64,000 bases of DNA from Dendrobates tinctorius (taxonomy: Eukaryota), in the NCBI RefSeq assembly GCF_039654945.1, contig NW_027361982.1, positions 3,720,001-3,784,000 of the forward strand, given 5' to 3'. Below, piece after piece: positions 24,299 to 36,560 of the stretch (positions within the stretch are counted from its first letter, which is position 1; every line of letters begins with the position of its first letter). The notes beneath the pieces are model-generated. The model did not search any database and was not told the DNA's origin. It saw nothing but the letters and a program-made list of their open reading frames with translations. The position numbers and the translations under genes were made by a program.

Positions 24299-27158
24299 GT
24301 CTCCTTCCCCACCTTCCTGTAGCATGTAAGCCCGAAAGGGAAGGGTCCTCTCTCCCCTCTATATCAGTCTGTGATTGTTAGTTTGTTTGCTGTAAGTGAT
24401 ATCTGTAATCTGTATGTAACCCCTTCTCATGTACAGCACCATGGAACCAATGGTGCTATATAAATAAATAAAAATAATAATAATAATAAAATACATCCAG
24501 ACTGCTGTTATAGGGAGCAACAGACTATACATCCAGACTGCTGTTATAGGGGCTCCAGCCTACACATCCAGACTACTGTTATAGGGGCTCCAGCCTACAC
24601 ATACCTACACATCCAGACTGCTGTTATAAGGCTCCAGACTACATATCCAGACTGCTCTTATAGGGGGCTCAATACTACGCATCCAGACTGCTGTTATGAG
24701 TGGGCCCCAGACTACACAGCCAACTGCTGTTATAGAGGGATCCAGACTACATATCCAGACTGCTGTTATAGGGGGGATCCAGACTGCTGTTTTAGGGGGG
24801 CTCCAGACAACACATCCAGACTGCAGTTATAGGGGGCTCCAGCCTACACATCCAGACTGCTGTTATAGGGAGCTCCAGACTACTGTTATAGGGGGCTTCT
24901 CCAGCCTACACAACCAGACTGCTGTTATAGGGGGCTACAGACTATACATCCAGACTGCTGTTATAAGGGGTTCCAAACTAAACATCCAGACTGCTGTTAT
25001 AGGGGGCTCCAGACAACACATCCAGACTGCTATTATAGGGGGCTCTATACTAAACATCCAGTCTGCTGTTATAGGAGGCTCCAGACTACACATCCAGACT
25101 GATGTTACAGAGAGCTCGAGACTACATATCCAGACTGCTATTTTTAGGGGGATCCAGACTGCTGTTATAGGACGTTCCAGACTACACAGTCAAACTGCTG
25201 TTATAGAGGGCTCCAGACTACACATCCAGGCAGCTGTTACAGGTGGACTCAGGACTACACCTCTAGACTGCTGTTATAAGGAGGCTCCAACCTACACATC
25301 CAGACTGTTGTTATAGAGGGCTCCAGACTTCACATCCAGACTGATGTTATAGGGGTGCCAGACTACATATCCAGACTGCTGTTATAGGGGCTACAGACTA
25401 CACATCCAGACTGCTATTATAGGGGCTCCAGACTACACATCCAGACTGCTGTTATAGGGGCTCCAGAATAAGCATCCAGACTGCTGTTATAGGGGCTCCA
25501 GAGTACACATCAAGACTGTTGTTATAGGGGCTCCAAACTATTCATCCAAACTGCTGTTACAGGGGAATCTAGCCTACACATCCAGACTGCTGTTATAGGG
25601 GGCTTAAGCCTACACATACAGATTGCTGTTATATGGAGCTCCAGACTACATATCCAGACTGCTGTTATAGGGGGCTCCAGACAACACATCCAGATTGCTG
25701 TTATAAGGAGCTCCAGACTACATATCCAGACTGCTCTTATAGGGGGCTCGATATTACGTATCTAGACTGCTGTTATGGGTGGGCCCCAGAATACACAGCC
25801 AGACTGCTGTTATAGAGGTATCCAGACTGCTGTTATAGGGGGGCTCCAGATTACACTTCCAGACTGCTGTTATAAGGGGCTCCGGACTGCACACCCAGAC
25901 TGCTGTTTTAGGGGGGCTCCAGACAACACATCCAGACTGCTGTTATTGGGGGCTCCAGCCTACACATCCAGACTGCTGTTATAGGGGCTCCAGCCTACAC
26001 ATCCAGATTGCTGTTATAGGAGGCTCCAAACTATACATCCAGGTTGCTGTTATAAGGGGCTCCAGACAACACATCCAGAATGCTGTTATAGGGGGCTCCA
26101 TACTAAGCATCCAGTCTGATGTTATAGGAGGCTCCAGACTACACATCCAGACTGATGTTATGGGGGGCTCCAGACTACACATCTAGACTACACATCTAGA
26201 CTGCTGTTGTTATAGGGGGCTTGAGACTACTTATCCAGACTGCTATTTTAAGGGCCTCCAGACTACACATCCAGACTGCTGTTATAGGACGCTCCAGACT
26301 ACACAGCCAAACTGCTGTTATAGAGGGCTCCAGACTACTGTACACATCCAGACAGCTGTTGCAGGTGGACTCAAGACTACACCTCTAGACTGTTGTTATA
26401 AGGGGTCTCCAGACTACACATCCAGATTGCTGTTATAGGGGGCTCGATACTACGCATCCAGACTGCTGTTGTGGGTGGGCTCCAGACTACACAGTCAGAC
26501 TGCTGTTATAGGGTAGTTCCAGACTACAGTTCCAGACTGCTGTTATAGGGGGCTCCAGACTACACATTTAGACAGCTGTTATAGGGGGCTCCAGATTGTA
26601 CATCCAGACTGCTGTTATGGGGGAGGCGGCTAAATACTACACATCCAGGCTGCTGTTATAGGGGGATCAAGACTACATATCCATACTGCCATTATAGGGG
26701 GCTCCAGACTACACATCCAGGCTGTTATAAAGGGCTCCAGACAACACATCCAGACTGCTGTTATAGGGGGGCTCCAGACTACACACCCAGACTGCTGTTA
26801 TAGGTGGCTTCTCCAGCCTACACAACCAGACTGCTGTTTATAGGGGGCTCCAGCCTACACATCCAGACTGCTGTTATAGGGGCTCCAGCCTACACATCCA
26901 GACTGCTGTTATAGGGGCTCCAGCCTACACATCCAGACTGCTGTTATAGGGGCTCCAGCCTACACATCCAGACTGCTGTTATAGGAGGCTCCTGACTAGA
27001 CATCCATACTACTGTTATAGGGGCTCCAGATTACACATCCAGACTGCTGTTATAGGGGGTTCCAAACTACACAGCCAGACTGCTGTTATAGGGGGCTCCA
27101 GACTATAGATCCAGACTGCTGTTATAGGTGCTCCATACTAAACATCCAGTCTGCTGTT

Positions 27159-27378
27159 ATACAACCCCTTGCAAAAATTATGGAATCACCGGCCTTGGAG
27201 GATGCTCATTCAGTTGTTTAGTTTTGTGCCATGTCTGTGATCTACTTTTTTTCTACAAAATTAAAGTCAATTCAAATGGCAACTTTCTGGCTTTAAGAAA
27301 CACTAAAAGAAATCAAGAACAAAATATGTGGTAGTCAGTAATGGTTACTTTTTTAAACCAAGCATAGGGAAAAAAATA
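27159..27378 (+). mobile_element. Tc1-like terminal fragment
   Basis: TA followed by CAACCCCTTGCAAAAATTATGGAATCACC, resembling a Tc1-type TIR; interrupts the satellite. Confidence 0.55.
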
Positions 27379-29227
27379 TGTGGGGGTTTTCAGACTACAC
27401 ATCCAGACTTCGGATATATGGGGACTCCAGACTACACATCCAGCCTGCTGTTATGGGACGCTCCAGACTAGACAGCCAAACTGCTGTTATAAGGGGGCTC
27501 CAGGCTACACATCCAGATTGCTGTTATAGCGGGCTCAAAACTACGTATCCAGACTGCTGTTGTGGGTGGGGGGCTCCAGACTACACAGCCAGACTGCTGT
27601 TATAGGGGGCTCCAGACTACAGTTCCAGACTGCTGTTATAGGGAGCTCCAGACTACACATTTTGACGACTGTTATAGGGGGTTCCAGATTGTACATCCAG
27701 ACTGCTGTTATAGGGGGCTCCAGACCACATAACCAGACTGCTGTTATTGGGGGTTTCCAGACCACACATTCAGACTGCTTTTATAGGGGGCTCCAGACCA
27801 CACATTCAGACTGCGGTTATAGGGGACTCCAGACCACACATCCAAACTACTGTTATAGATTTTAAACATATCAAAAAATGTCCAATACGTATATATACCA
27901 CCTCAAAACATCAATATGCGTGAACCATATCCACCATCTCTGATTGGCAGAAAAAGAGGCAAACGTACAATATTAAAATATTCAAAATTTATTACTCATT
28001 ACATACATAAAAAATAATAAAACAAGGGATATACAGAAATTTGCCGTGGGTCTGACATAAACCAGGCACCATGCAAGAATAATCAATGAGGAAAGCACTT
28101 ATACATTCGCATAACAAAATAATGCTCTGAATATTTTAATATTGTTGTACGTTTACTGTTATAGATTGTATCACATTTTTGGATGTATTATACTTTATAC
28201 TTTATTTACGTCTTATTACTTTTTTGCGATCGCTCTTATACAGGAATTAAATTTTGAAATGTCCCTAAAATATCTCTTGTTTGAGTAATATGGTTTTTAT
28301 TGAATAATTTCATCGCGCTCATTCAATATCGGCCGTGATTTATGTGTCATTTATTCTACTCCACCTTAAAATATCAGAACAGTCACTACCCAAGAAAAGT
28401 GGCCAAGTAATGCGGTCACCCCTTATCTATATGGGCGAAAGTAAAAAGCTTCAAGAAAACATCTTGGGACAAATGGACGACAAGGCAGGGCAAGTCAATA
28501 CAGCTATTTGTAGCAACAGTGTGATGACCCAGTTTTCTAAAGAAAAAAAACCAATGAAGAACAATCACCTTCTCCATAAAAATAAACACCAGACATCTGC
28601 CCCTGAAGAAGGCAGCGCCAAAACGCTGACGCTATTGCTGTAGTACAGGCACATTCTGGTATGACTCCAGTTTTGCACTTTATATAATTATGTTTCCTAC
28701 CTTCATCTGATGGATGTGGATTAATAGTATCAGTTATGCATTTTGTGTCTTCTATCCTGATGCACGTGCCTTTATACAGGTGATGTATGATACATGTTGC
28801 ACTGACACTTGCTCGTTATCATACCACTTGGTACATTATGAATATGCATATACCGTACTTTTATCGCATTTTGCAATTACAGCTTGCTTTTATCATCTTT
28901 GCCTTGTTGTCTTTTTGCCCATTGTAGTTCTGCTTCTCAGCATAGAAGGTGGCATCTACAGCCTCTATATCTCACAGTTCATAGCATACTGCAGAATGTC
29001 ATTCTGATCCGCATTATATTAGATGTCCTCCACAGCCTCTATATATTACAATACATAGGAAGCTGAAGACTGACAATCTGCACCCACCTCAGTATAGAAG
29101 GTGGCAACTACAGCCTCTATGTATCACAGTACATAGCATACTGTAGAATGACAATCTGTTCTTCAGTACAGTAGGTAACTTCTGCAACCTTTCTGTATCA
29201 CTGTACATAACATACTGCAGAATGTAG

Positions 29228-30667
29228 TGTGTGTTTAGTTTTAACGTAATTTTATTGTTTCATGAGTTATTTACAAGATTATGACCACTTATAAAATGTT
29301 TTCAAAGTGTTGCCCATTGTGTTGGATTGTCAATGCAACCCTCTTCTCCCACTCTTGATACACTGATTGCAACCCCGCAGAAGAAATGTTAGCACAGGCT
29401 TCCAGTATCCGTTGTTTCAGATGCTGCACATCTCGTATCTTCACAGCATAGACAATTGCCTTCAGAAGACCTCAAAGATAAAAGTCTAAGGGGTCAGATC
29501 GGGAGACCTTGGTGGCCATTCAACTGGCCCACGATGACCAATCCATTTTCCAGGAAACTGTTCATGTAGGAATGCTCGGACCTGACTTCATAATTGATGG
29601 TATGGCGGTACAAAGATAATGGGGCCATCAATGGAAACCTCAATGTCACTGGATATCTGAAATTGTTACATGATGAGGTGTTGCCCTCTTTATACACTGA
29701 AGTTGGCACGTCCCCTGAGTTTTTCCAGCAAGATGGTGCACCACCACATTTTGGGTGTCAGGTCCGAGTATTCCTACAGGAATCTGACCCCCGCATTTCT
29801 TCTGCGGTGTTGCTATCAGTGTGTCAAGAGTGGGAGAAGAGGGGGGTTGCATTGACAAATCCAACACAATGGGCAGCACTTTGAACACATTTTATAAGTG
29901 GTCATGAACTTGTAAATAACTCCTGAAAGAATAAAAAAAGTTACGTTAAAACCAAGCACATTGTTTTTCTTGAGAAATTCTCAATAAGTTTGATGTGTCA
30001 CATGACCCTATTCCCATTGGAAAATAAAGCTGGATCCAAAATGGCCGACTTCAAAATGGCCGCCATGGTCACCACCCATCTTGAAAAGCTTTCCCCCCTC
30101 CCATATACTAATGTGCCACAAACAGGAAGTTTACACAGTAAATGGAGGGCACCACCAGAAAAATGTATATTTATATGTACTGTAAGAGCAAGAGGTCTCA
30201 CCAGGGTATGCAAGTAGACATGTAATAGAGCAGGAAAAAGTCAAACCCAAAAAAGGGAGCACCTCAATTGCATAAGAAATATATAACAAATATATGTGTA
30301 ATACAAAATTTGAATTTTATTATTCACCAAAAAATACATACAGGCCTTTTATGGGAGCCTGCTGTGGTTTGCCATTGCCTTTATACTGAGGTGTGGCATT
30401 TGGTCTTGAGTCTCCTTTGCACACAGATGCAATTTTAATTGTTTTTATACTATATGTGTTTTGCTCTGTATGTATTTTTTTGGTGAATAATAAAAATTCA
30501 AATTATGTATTACACATATATTTGGTATATATACTGTATATTTCTTATGCATTTGAGGTGCTCCCTTTTTTGGGTTTGAATTTTTCTTGTTCTATTACAA
30601 ACAGGAAGTTGATATCACCAACCATTCCCATTTTATTTAGGTGTATCCATAAAATGGCCCACCCCGT
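29228..30667. mobile_element. Degraded, internally inverted mariner-superfamily (rosa/DD41D-like) remnant
   Basis: Plus strand FFQQDGAPPH; minus strand WIGHRGPVEWPPRSPDLTPLDFYL; 29260-29390 inverted relative to 29790-29925; TIR-like end ...GGTGTATCCATAAAATGGCCCACCCCG-TA. Confidence 0.7.
30132..30596. mobile_element. Short retroelement-type insertion with inverted halves (Penelope-like architecture)
   Basis: 14-bp direct duplication ACAAACAGGAAGTT at 30118-30131 and 30597-30610; inverted repeat 30222-30341 versus 30467-30599. Confidence 0.6.
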
Positions 30668-32049
30668 AGTTTTGCTCCTCTGTATGGAAGGTGGCATTTA
30701 TCGCCTTTATAAAAAACAGACACAGACAGCAGAACGCTGATTCTTAGTGTAAAAGGTAACTTTTACAGCCTTTACCCATCACAATAGATCGGAATCTGCA
30801 GAATGACATTCTGGTCCTCAGTATAGTAGGCTGTTTCTACAACCTCCATGTATCATCGTACATAGCATACTGCATAATTATATTAAACGGTGGCCTTTGA
30901 AGCCTCTACGTATTACAATATATGGTAAGCTGCAGAATGACAATCCTACTTCTAAGTATAGTAGGTGGTTTCTACAGCCTCTGTGTATCACAGTGCATAG
31001 CATACTGCAGAATGCTGTGTCTCCGTCTCATTATAGAAGTGGAGTTCAAAGTGTGCTGAAGTTCTCATGTACCTGATCTGGAGGTTGCACAGAGGGATTT
31101 GTACTATTCAGCCATATGGGGCTCCGTTTACGGGAGGGTGATTAATGTATGCAGATATTCTTCTCTAGAAGCAATGCTTGCGAAGATCTCCACACATACC
31201 ACACCCAATTATTTTCTTGTCAAGTACGAGCAGCTGATTAGCAGCCATTACTAAGGTTCCCTGAGGCCTCAACCCACCCGCCACTGGGACCCTTCACCGA
31301 TCCAGAGATCAAGACTATAGAATGCCATGGTAGACTTGGGTGGTGGCAACAGCTCTATTTTCTGTATACGAGACCCCCGGGAATCCCATAGACAACACAT
31401 GAAGCGGTGGAGCAGACGCCATATATTTCCCAAAGGCATTTCAGACCCCCATTCTCGGGGGTTAAGCAGCAAGTTACCTATCCTGTGATAAGTCGCTAGT
31501 CTTCTGGGATAGTGGGGATTTTATTATAGCGCTGCATACACTTGCAAAAAAAAGTCTCCTAAAAGTGCAAGTAAAAAATGCAGTAAAAGCAGCATGAAAA
31601 AACTGTTTCAAAAACTTTATTTACAAGTGTTTTAGAACACAGAAAAGGTAATGTGTGAGAGTGGTCACAAATTCTATGTATCACTGTACATAGCAGACGG
31701 CACAATGAGTGAGCTGTGACTTGGGCAGCGAGCTCGTTCTCTGCCGAGACCTTTTTCTCTCGTTTATTAATCTTTTAAGTTGATCTATGACCAGATGAAA
31801 GTTCAGCATTGATTTGGTCATAAACCAGGAATATCGTTCAGAGAAGAGCAAAGGTCTGGAGTTGTTTCCATCAGATGAGCTGTGATGTACAGTGATAACT
31901 AGAGGCTGCAGAAGAGGAAACAAAACAGACGCCACATCTAAGGCTCCAAACAGCGGAATTTGGAGTTCTTTCATTAACCCCTGCAACATCTTACAAAGAA
32001 TCTTCGAGACCCACTCCCCCACCATAGCAACCATCAGTGCAGTACTCAC

Positions 32050-32128
32050 CAGAAGAACCTTGTATGTAGAGTACAGAAAACCACAGGAGGCAGCCGCAAA
32101 GCGCGCTCACAGCCGCACCGAGCGCCAT
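32050..32128 (-). CDS. Candidate signal-peptide first coding exon of an unidentified secreted or membrane protein (MALGAAVSALCGCLLWFSVLYIQGSS)
   Basis: GGCATGG Kozak context, hydrophobic 26 codons plus 1 nt, consensus donor G|GTGAGT (phase 1); no downstream exon confirmed. Confidence 0.45.
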
Positions 32129-32557
32129 GCCTGAGGTTACAGGATGCCAGGAGTGCAGAGATCAGAGCCGACAATCCTTACCAGCTCAGCGCAGATTTCA
32201 TGAATAAGGAAATATTTCCTAAATTATTCTCTATAAACTCCACCCTGTCACAGAGGCCAAGTGTAAAGTTAGGGAGGAACTCTGATAAGGGAGCCATATT
32301 CGTCACACAGCAAACAAAATCTTTAATCATTCGATTCGGGAAAATATGTTGCGTGCAGAGATTTTCTGCGGATGTGATTGCTCTTGCAAGTTTACGTCCT
32401 TTGATTTGATAAATATCCATGAAAAAAATCCCTTTAATTTAGTGAGTTCCGGCGACCATTGAAAAGCAAAGGCCATTGATTGCTCCTCCTACTGGCCAAA
32501 AGCACCACATAGTCCTGGTGGAATCACCAACTGGTTCACAAACAGTTTTCTATCTAA

Positions 32558-33055
32558 GGCTGGTTTCACATTAGCGCATTTTCAGCGCGCGCACGGCCGG
32601 GGTTAGCTCCGACCCCGAGCCGGCTCTCTGCCCGGCGTGCCCGCCCCTTGCTTGTAGCGCCGCCTACTAGCGGACAGCGGCGCCTGCGATCGGCGCACCC
32701 TATCTTTAGCATAGGGTGCGCAGATCGTGCGCAGGCCATGCGCTAGTTGCGCTTTGACCTGCGCTGCGCACTTTTGACGGTGCGCCGTGCGCGCCAAAAT
32801 CAAACTTTTCGGATTTTGGCGCGCACGGCGCACCGTCAAAAGTGCGCAGCGCAGGTCAAAGCGCAACTAGCGCACGGCCTGCGCACGATCTGCGCACCCT
32901 ATGCTAAAGATAGGGTGCGCCGATCGCAGGCGCCGCTGTCCGCTAGTAGGCGGCGCTACAAGCAAGGGGCGGGCACGCCGGGCAGAGAGCCGGCTCGGGG
33001 GCGGAGCTAACCCCGGCCGTGCGCGCGCTGAAAATGCGCTAATGTGAAACCAGCC
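32558..33055. mobile_element. PIF/Harbinger-type palindromic MITE (498 bp)
   Basis: GGCTGGTTTCACAT...ATGTGAAACCAGCC, TAA TSD on both sides; the whole element is a near-perfect palindrome with a ~10-nt spacer at ~32802-32811. Confidence 0.92.
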
Positions 33056-34694
33056 TAACTCCTGAGATGGATTCACTGCTGCACTGCTCAGTACCAATGT
33101 ATAATGTCCTCCATGTTGCTGCTTTCTACTAAGTGCTTTATCTCACCTTAGTTCTGGATTTACCCCTTCAATATACTGAACGCTAATAAGATCCAAGCTG
33201 CTACTTTCTAGCATTTACCTCACGCAAGTGCTGGATTCATGATTACCCTACTTAGTACTGCTGTATGATGTCCTCCATACCTTTAAGCTGGATTCACAGC
33301 TGCACTGCTCAGTACTGTTGTAGCATGGCCTTCAAGCCACGGTCACACATTCAGTATTTTACATCAGTATTTGGGAGTCAAAAGTAGAACATTCAGAGGA
33401 AAAGTACAATAGGAACACGTCACCACTTCTGAAATTTTCACCCACTCCTGGTGTTGGCTTACAAATACTGATAAAAAATACTGACCAAATACTGAACTGT
33501 TTTGTTACGCAAGTGCCAGATGCATAGCTCAATAATGACCTTCACATACTTTGCGTTTTTCACTGTCCCCAGAGCTGGAACCACAGCTACACAGCGCAGT
33601 GCTTTCACAGCTTCTAGTATATGATTATCTCCCCCAAGTTCTGGATTTACAGCTACACTGCTCAGTATTTCTGTACATGTGCTAGCTAGACAGGGGAGCA
33701 GAAATATTTGATGACAGTCTGTGGGAGACATCACAGCTGCTAATCTCTACCTACTAACTGAAAGACAACTGAAAATTAGGGACTGAGTCTGTGAATGGAA
33801 AAACTGGAGAAAAATGCCGGACTCAAGTCATATAATGGGCAGAAGTAGCGATATTCCGCATCAAGGAAGGAACTGAGTGTTTACGTACCCTAAGTACAGG
33901 AAGGCGATGACCTCTGCAACAATAACTGATATTCTCTTGAAATCTCATTCAGCTCCTCTGGGGGTTTGTTTGTGCCTGTAACTATGGAAACACAAATCTG
34001 CAGAGGAGCTGTAACACAAAATTAAAGGTGGTAACCCCAATAGAATAGATGAGGAAGAAACATTTCAGGACATGGATACCAAACAGAAATCATTTAATTC
34101 CAAGAAGAAGAAATAAAAATAAAACCACAATATACAGATTTCTATAAAGAGCGAACGGAACAGTAATATAGAGGGGACCCATGCTAACGGGGTCACTAAG
34201 GTCATTGAAGCTCAACCTTATATCAATGTGCATCACAACAAAACTTATCTGATCGGATATGTGCAGAGAGAGGAGTGGAGAAATAAAGGACCAAGCCGTT
34301 GGGTCAACCGCAGACTGAGCCCACCACTAGTCCCACAGTTGTGTTCAGTCTACGGCTGGGGTCAGGTTGACCAAACGCTGCCTTGGCACCAATTCTGGTG
34401 TCGTGTAATTTTTTTTTTTTTTAAGGGCATCACCCTCTTACACTAAATGAACAAAAGACCTGGAGTCGTTCAGGAATTTGAGAAGAGCGGGTGACAACCA
34501 ATATTAAGGGGGCTTTAATTTGCCTATTAGCCCCTTTTACAACGATGTGCTGCGAGTGATCGCCGGTGATGCTGGACAAGGGCAGTTTGCCTGCAGTGGC
34601 CTCTACAGGAAAAATGTGGTATGACATGGTGGGAATCATGAGATAACATAAAGGGGGTCTCCATTTTGGGACTATGAACATGCGAAAAATTTAA

Positions 34695-34893
34695 AGGGGT
34701 CGTTCAGAGTGTTTTTTGTTTTTCACATGGTTGGCTTCTTAAAGAAACATTACAGGTTGTGTGTGGGACGCTGCAGCTCTGGTTCCATTGAAGTGAAAGC
34801 TGCAGACCTGGAATACCACCAACAACCTGCAGATAAGGGTAGCGCTCTTTTTGGAAAGAGGTAGCCATATTTTTCCAACCCTGGAGAGCCCCT
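34695..34893. mobile_element. T2/Kolobok-type MITE
   Basis: TTAA-AGGGG...CCCCT-TTAA boundaries. Confidence 0.65.
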
Positions 34894-35368
34894 TTAAGGG
34901 GACTTTCCTCACATTCTAATACATTAAGTCACAGAGTTCTCACGGCATAATTTAGGTAAGGCAGATGTAGGGAATTTCTAGAAATACATTCAGCTGGATA
35001 TATGATGTTATATTAGAAGCGATTACGGGAGCCGCTGGATATCAGCCGGGAGGCGCCATGCACGTACATTCAATGAGTTAGAGGCCAGTGGAGGAGCCAT
35101 GATATCATCAGGGCGAGAATGACAGAGCACATGTGCGAGAACGACCAGCTACATAATGGGGTCTCATCAGTGAACCCTCCCCTGCCGGGCTGTCTACCAC
35201 TGGGTCATCCGCTCTACACTGACTCTCCAAACAATGACATCAATAAAGAAGCCGCTCTCTGCCCGTGTGACCATCGTGGAGAGAGACAAGTCACGACATG
35301 AGAGGCAGCAGAGGTCACTGGGAACAGCAATGTATAAGATGCACTCGGTAACTCTTCCCCCGGTTGTC

Positions 35369-35541
35369 TCAGTGCTGCATGCTGCCGGCACTGTCGTGGC
35401 CGGGTGGAGGTGTATCTTGGCCCCCAGGAGTCCTCTTTTTGTGGCCCCGGATACAGTGAGCACTATCGCAGCAGTCGTCATCATCTTCGCTCTCTGTTGA
35501 ACTTTCTCCGAATGCCCTCGGCTTCTCGTAAATGCAGCAGC
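35369..35541 (-). CDS. PPP1R11: PP1 regulatory inhibitor subunit 11 (inhibitor-3), coding exon 3
   Basis: Acceptor CTCCTTCAG; (C)[35 protein letters not shown]...GSMQH*; matches the inhibitor-3 [15 protein letters not shown] motif and MQH end. Confidence 0.95.
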
Positions 35542-35714
35542 CTGAAGGAGAAAACAGGAATCATAAGAGGAGGGAAGAGACTCCTGTCATATCTGGTTCT
35601 ACACAGAAACATGTATATACTCTACGCCTGACCTATTGACAGAGACAGGGAGGCAGCACTATCTGTACCAACATCTGTGCCAACATCATTTCTATCATTC
35701 TATGATTCTATGAT

Positions 35715-36560
35715 TTACAGAAAGAGAGAGACAGGAAGGCAGTACCATATGTGACGTCATCATTTATAGAAAGAGAGACAGGAAGGCAGTACCATCTGTG
35801 ACGTCATCATTAATAGAAAGAGAGAGAGACAGGAAGGCAATACCATCTGTGACGTCATCATTTATAGAAAGCGAGAGAGACAGGAAGGCAGTACCATCTG
35901 TGACGTCATCATTTATAAAAAGAGAGAGACAGGAAGGCAGTACCATCTGTGACGTCATCATTTATAGAAAGAGAGACAGGAAGGCAGTACCATCTGTGAC
36001 GTCATCATTTATAGAAAGAGAGAGAGACAGGAAGGCAGTACCATCTGTGACGTCATCATTTATAGAAAGAGAGAGAGACAGGAAGGCAGTACCATCTGTG
36101 ACGTCATCATTTATAGAAAGAGAGAGACAGGAAGGCAGTACCATCTGTGACGTCATCATTTATAGAGAGAGAGACAGGAAGGCAGTACCATCTGTGACGT
36201 CATCATTTATAGAAAGAGAGAGAGACAGGAAGGCAGTACCATCTGTGACGTCATCATTTATAGAAAGAGAGACAGGAAGGCAGTACCATCTGTGACGTCA
36301 TCATTTATAGAAAGAGAGACAGGAAGGCAGTACCATCTGTGACGTCATCATTTATAGAGAGACAGGGAGGCAGTACCACCTGTGCCAACATTAATTACAG
36401 TGGGAGAGACAGGAAGGCAGTACCATCTGTGACGTCATCATTTATAGAAAGAGAGACAGGAAGGCAGTACCATCTGTGACGTCATCATTTATAGAGAGAC
36501 AGGGAGGCAGTACCACCTGTGCCAACATTAATTACAGTGGGAGAGACAGGGAGGCAGTAC
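35715..36560. repeat. ~47-51-bp minisatellite in PPP1R11 intron 2 carrying TGACGTCA
   Basis: Unit (GA)nCAGGAAGGCAGTACCATCTGTGACGTCATCATTTATAGAAA; 15 perfect CRE octamers counted. Confidence 0.93.

Larger units (their letters stand above)
20730..24490 (+). mobile_element. 5'-truncated L2-clade LINE (3' UTR interrupted by a hAT element)
   Basis: RT-encoding frame, 3' stem-loop AGCACCATGGAACCAATGGTGCT and (TAA)n tail at ~24460-24490. Confidence 0.92.
14922..27860. repeat. ~35-36-bp satellite AGACTACACATCCAGACTGCTGTTATAGGGGGCTCC in several blocks (14922-16603, 17287-18545, 20027-20729, 24491-27158, 27380-27860)
   Basis: Several hundred diverged tandem units, interrupted by LTR, SINE, LINE and other insertions. 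Confidence 0.95.
28171..31084. repeat. Segmental duplication copy B, split by a mariner-like remnant
   Basis: Collinear with 18553-20027; alignment breaks at GCAGAATGTAG (29227) and resumes at GTAGTTTTGCT (~30666). Confidence 0.88.

Noticed and set aside
14922-27860. Regular ~36-bp repeats resembling a CRISPR array, or Cys-rich 'HPDCCYRGLQTT' peptides
   Set aside because: Head-to-tail satellite without unique spacers or cas genes, in a eukaryotic context; the frame shifts constantly with unit length.
31681-32420. Minus-strand ORFs of 122 and 80 aa near the orphan exon
   Set aside because: No recognisable similarity; they lie in putative intron or upstream sequence.
32603-33010. Two nearly identical 87-aa ORFs on opposite strands
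   Set aside because: Artefact of the palindromic MITE.
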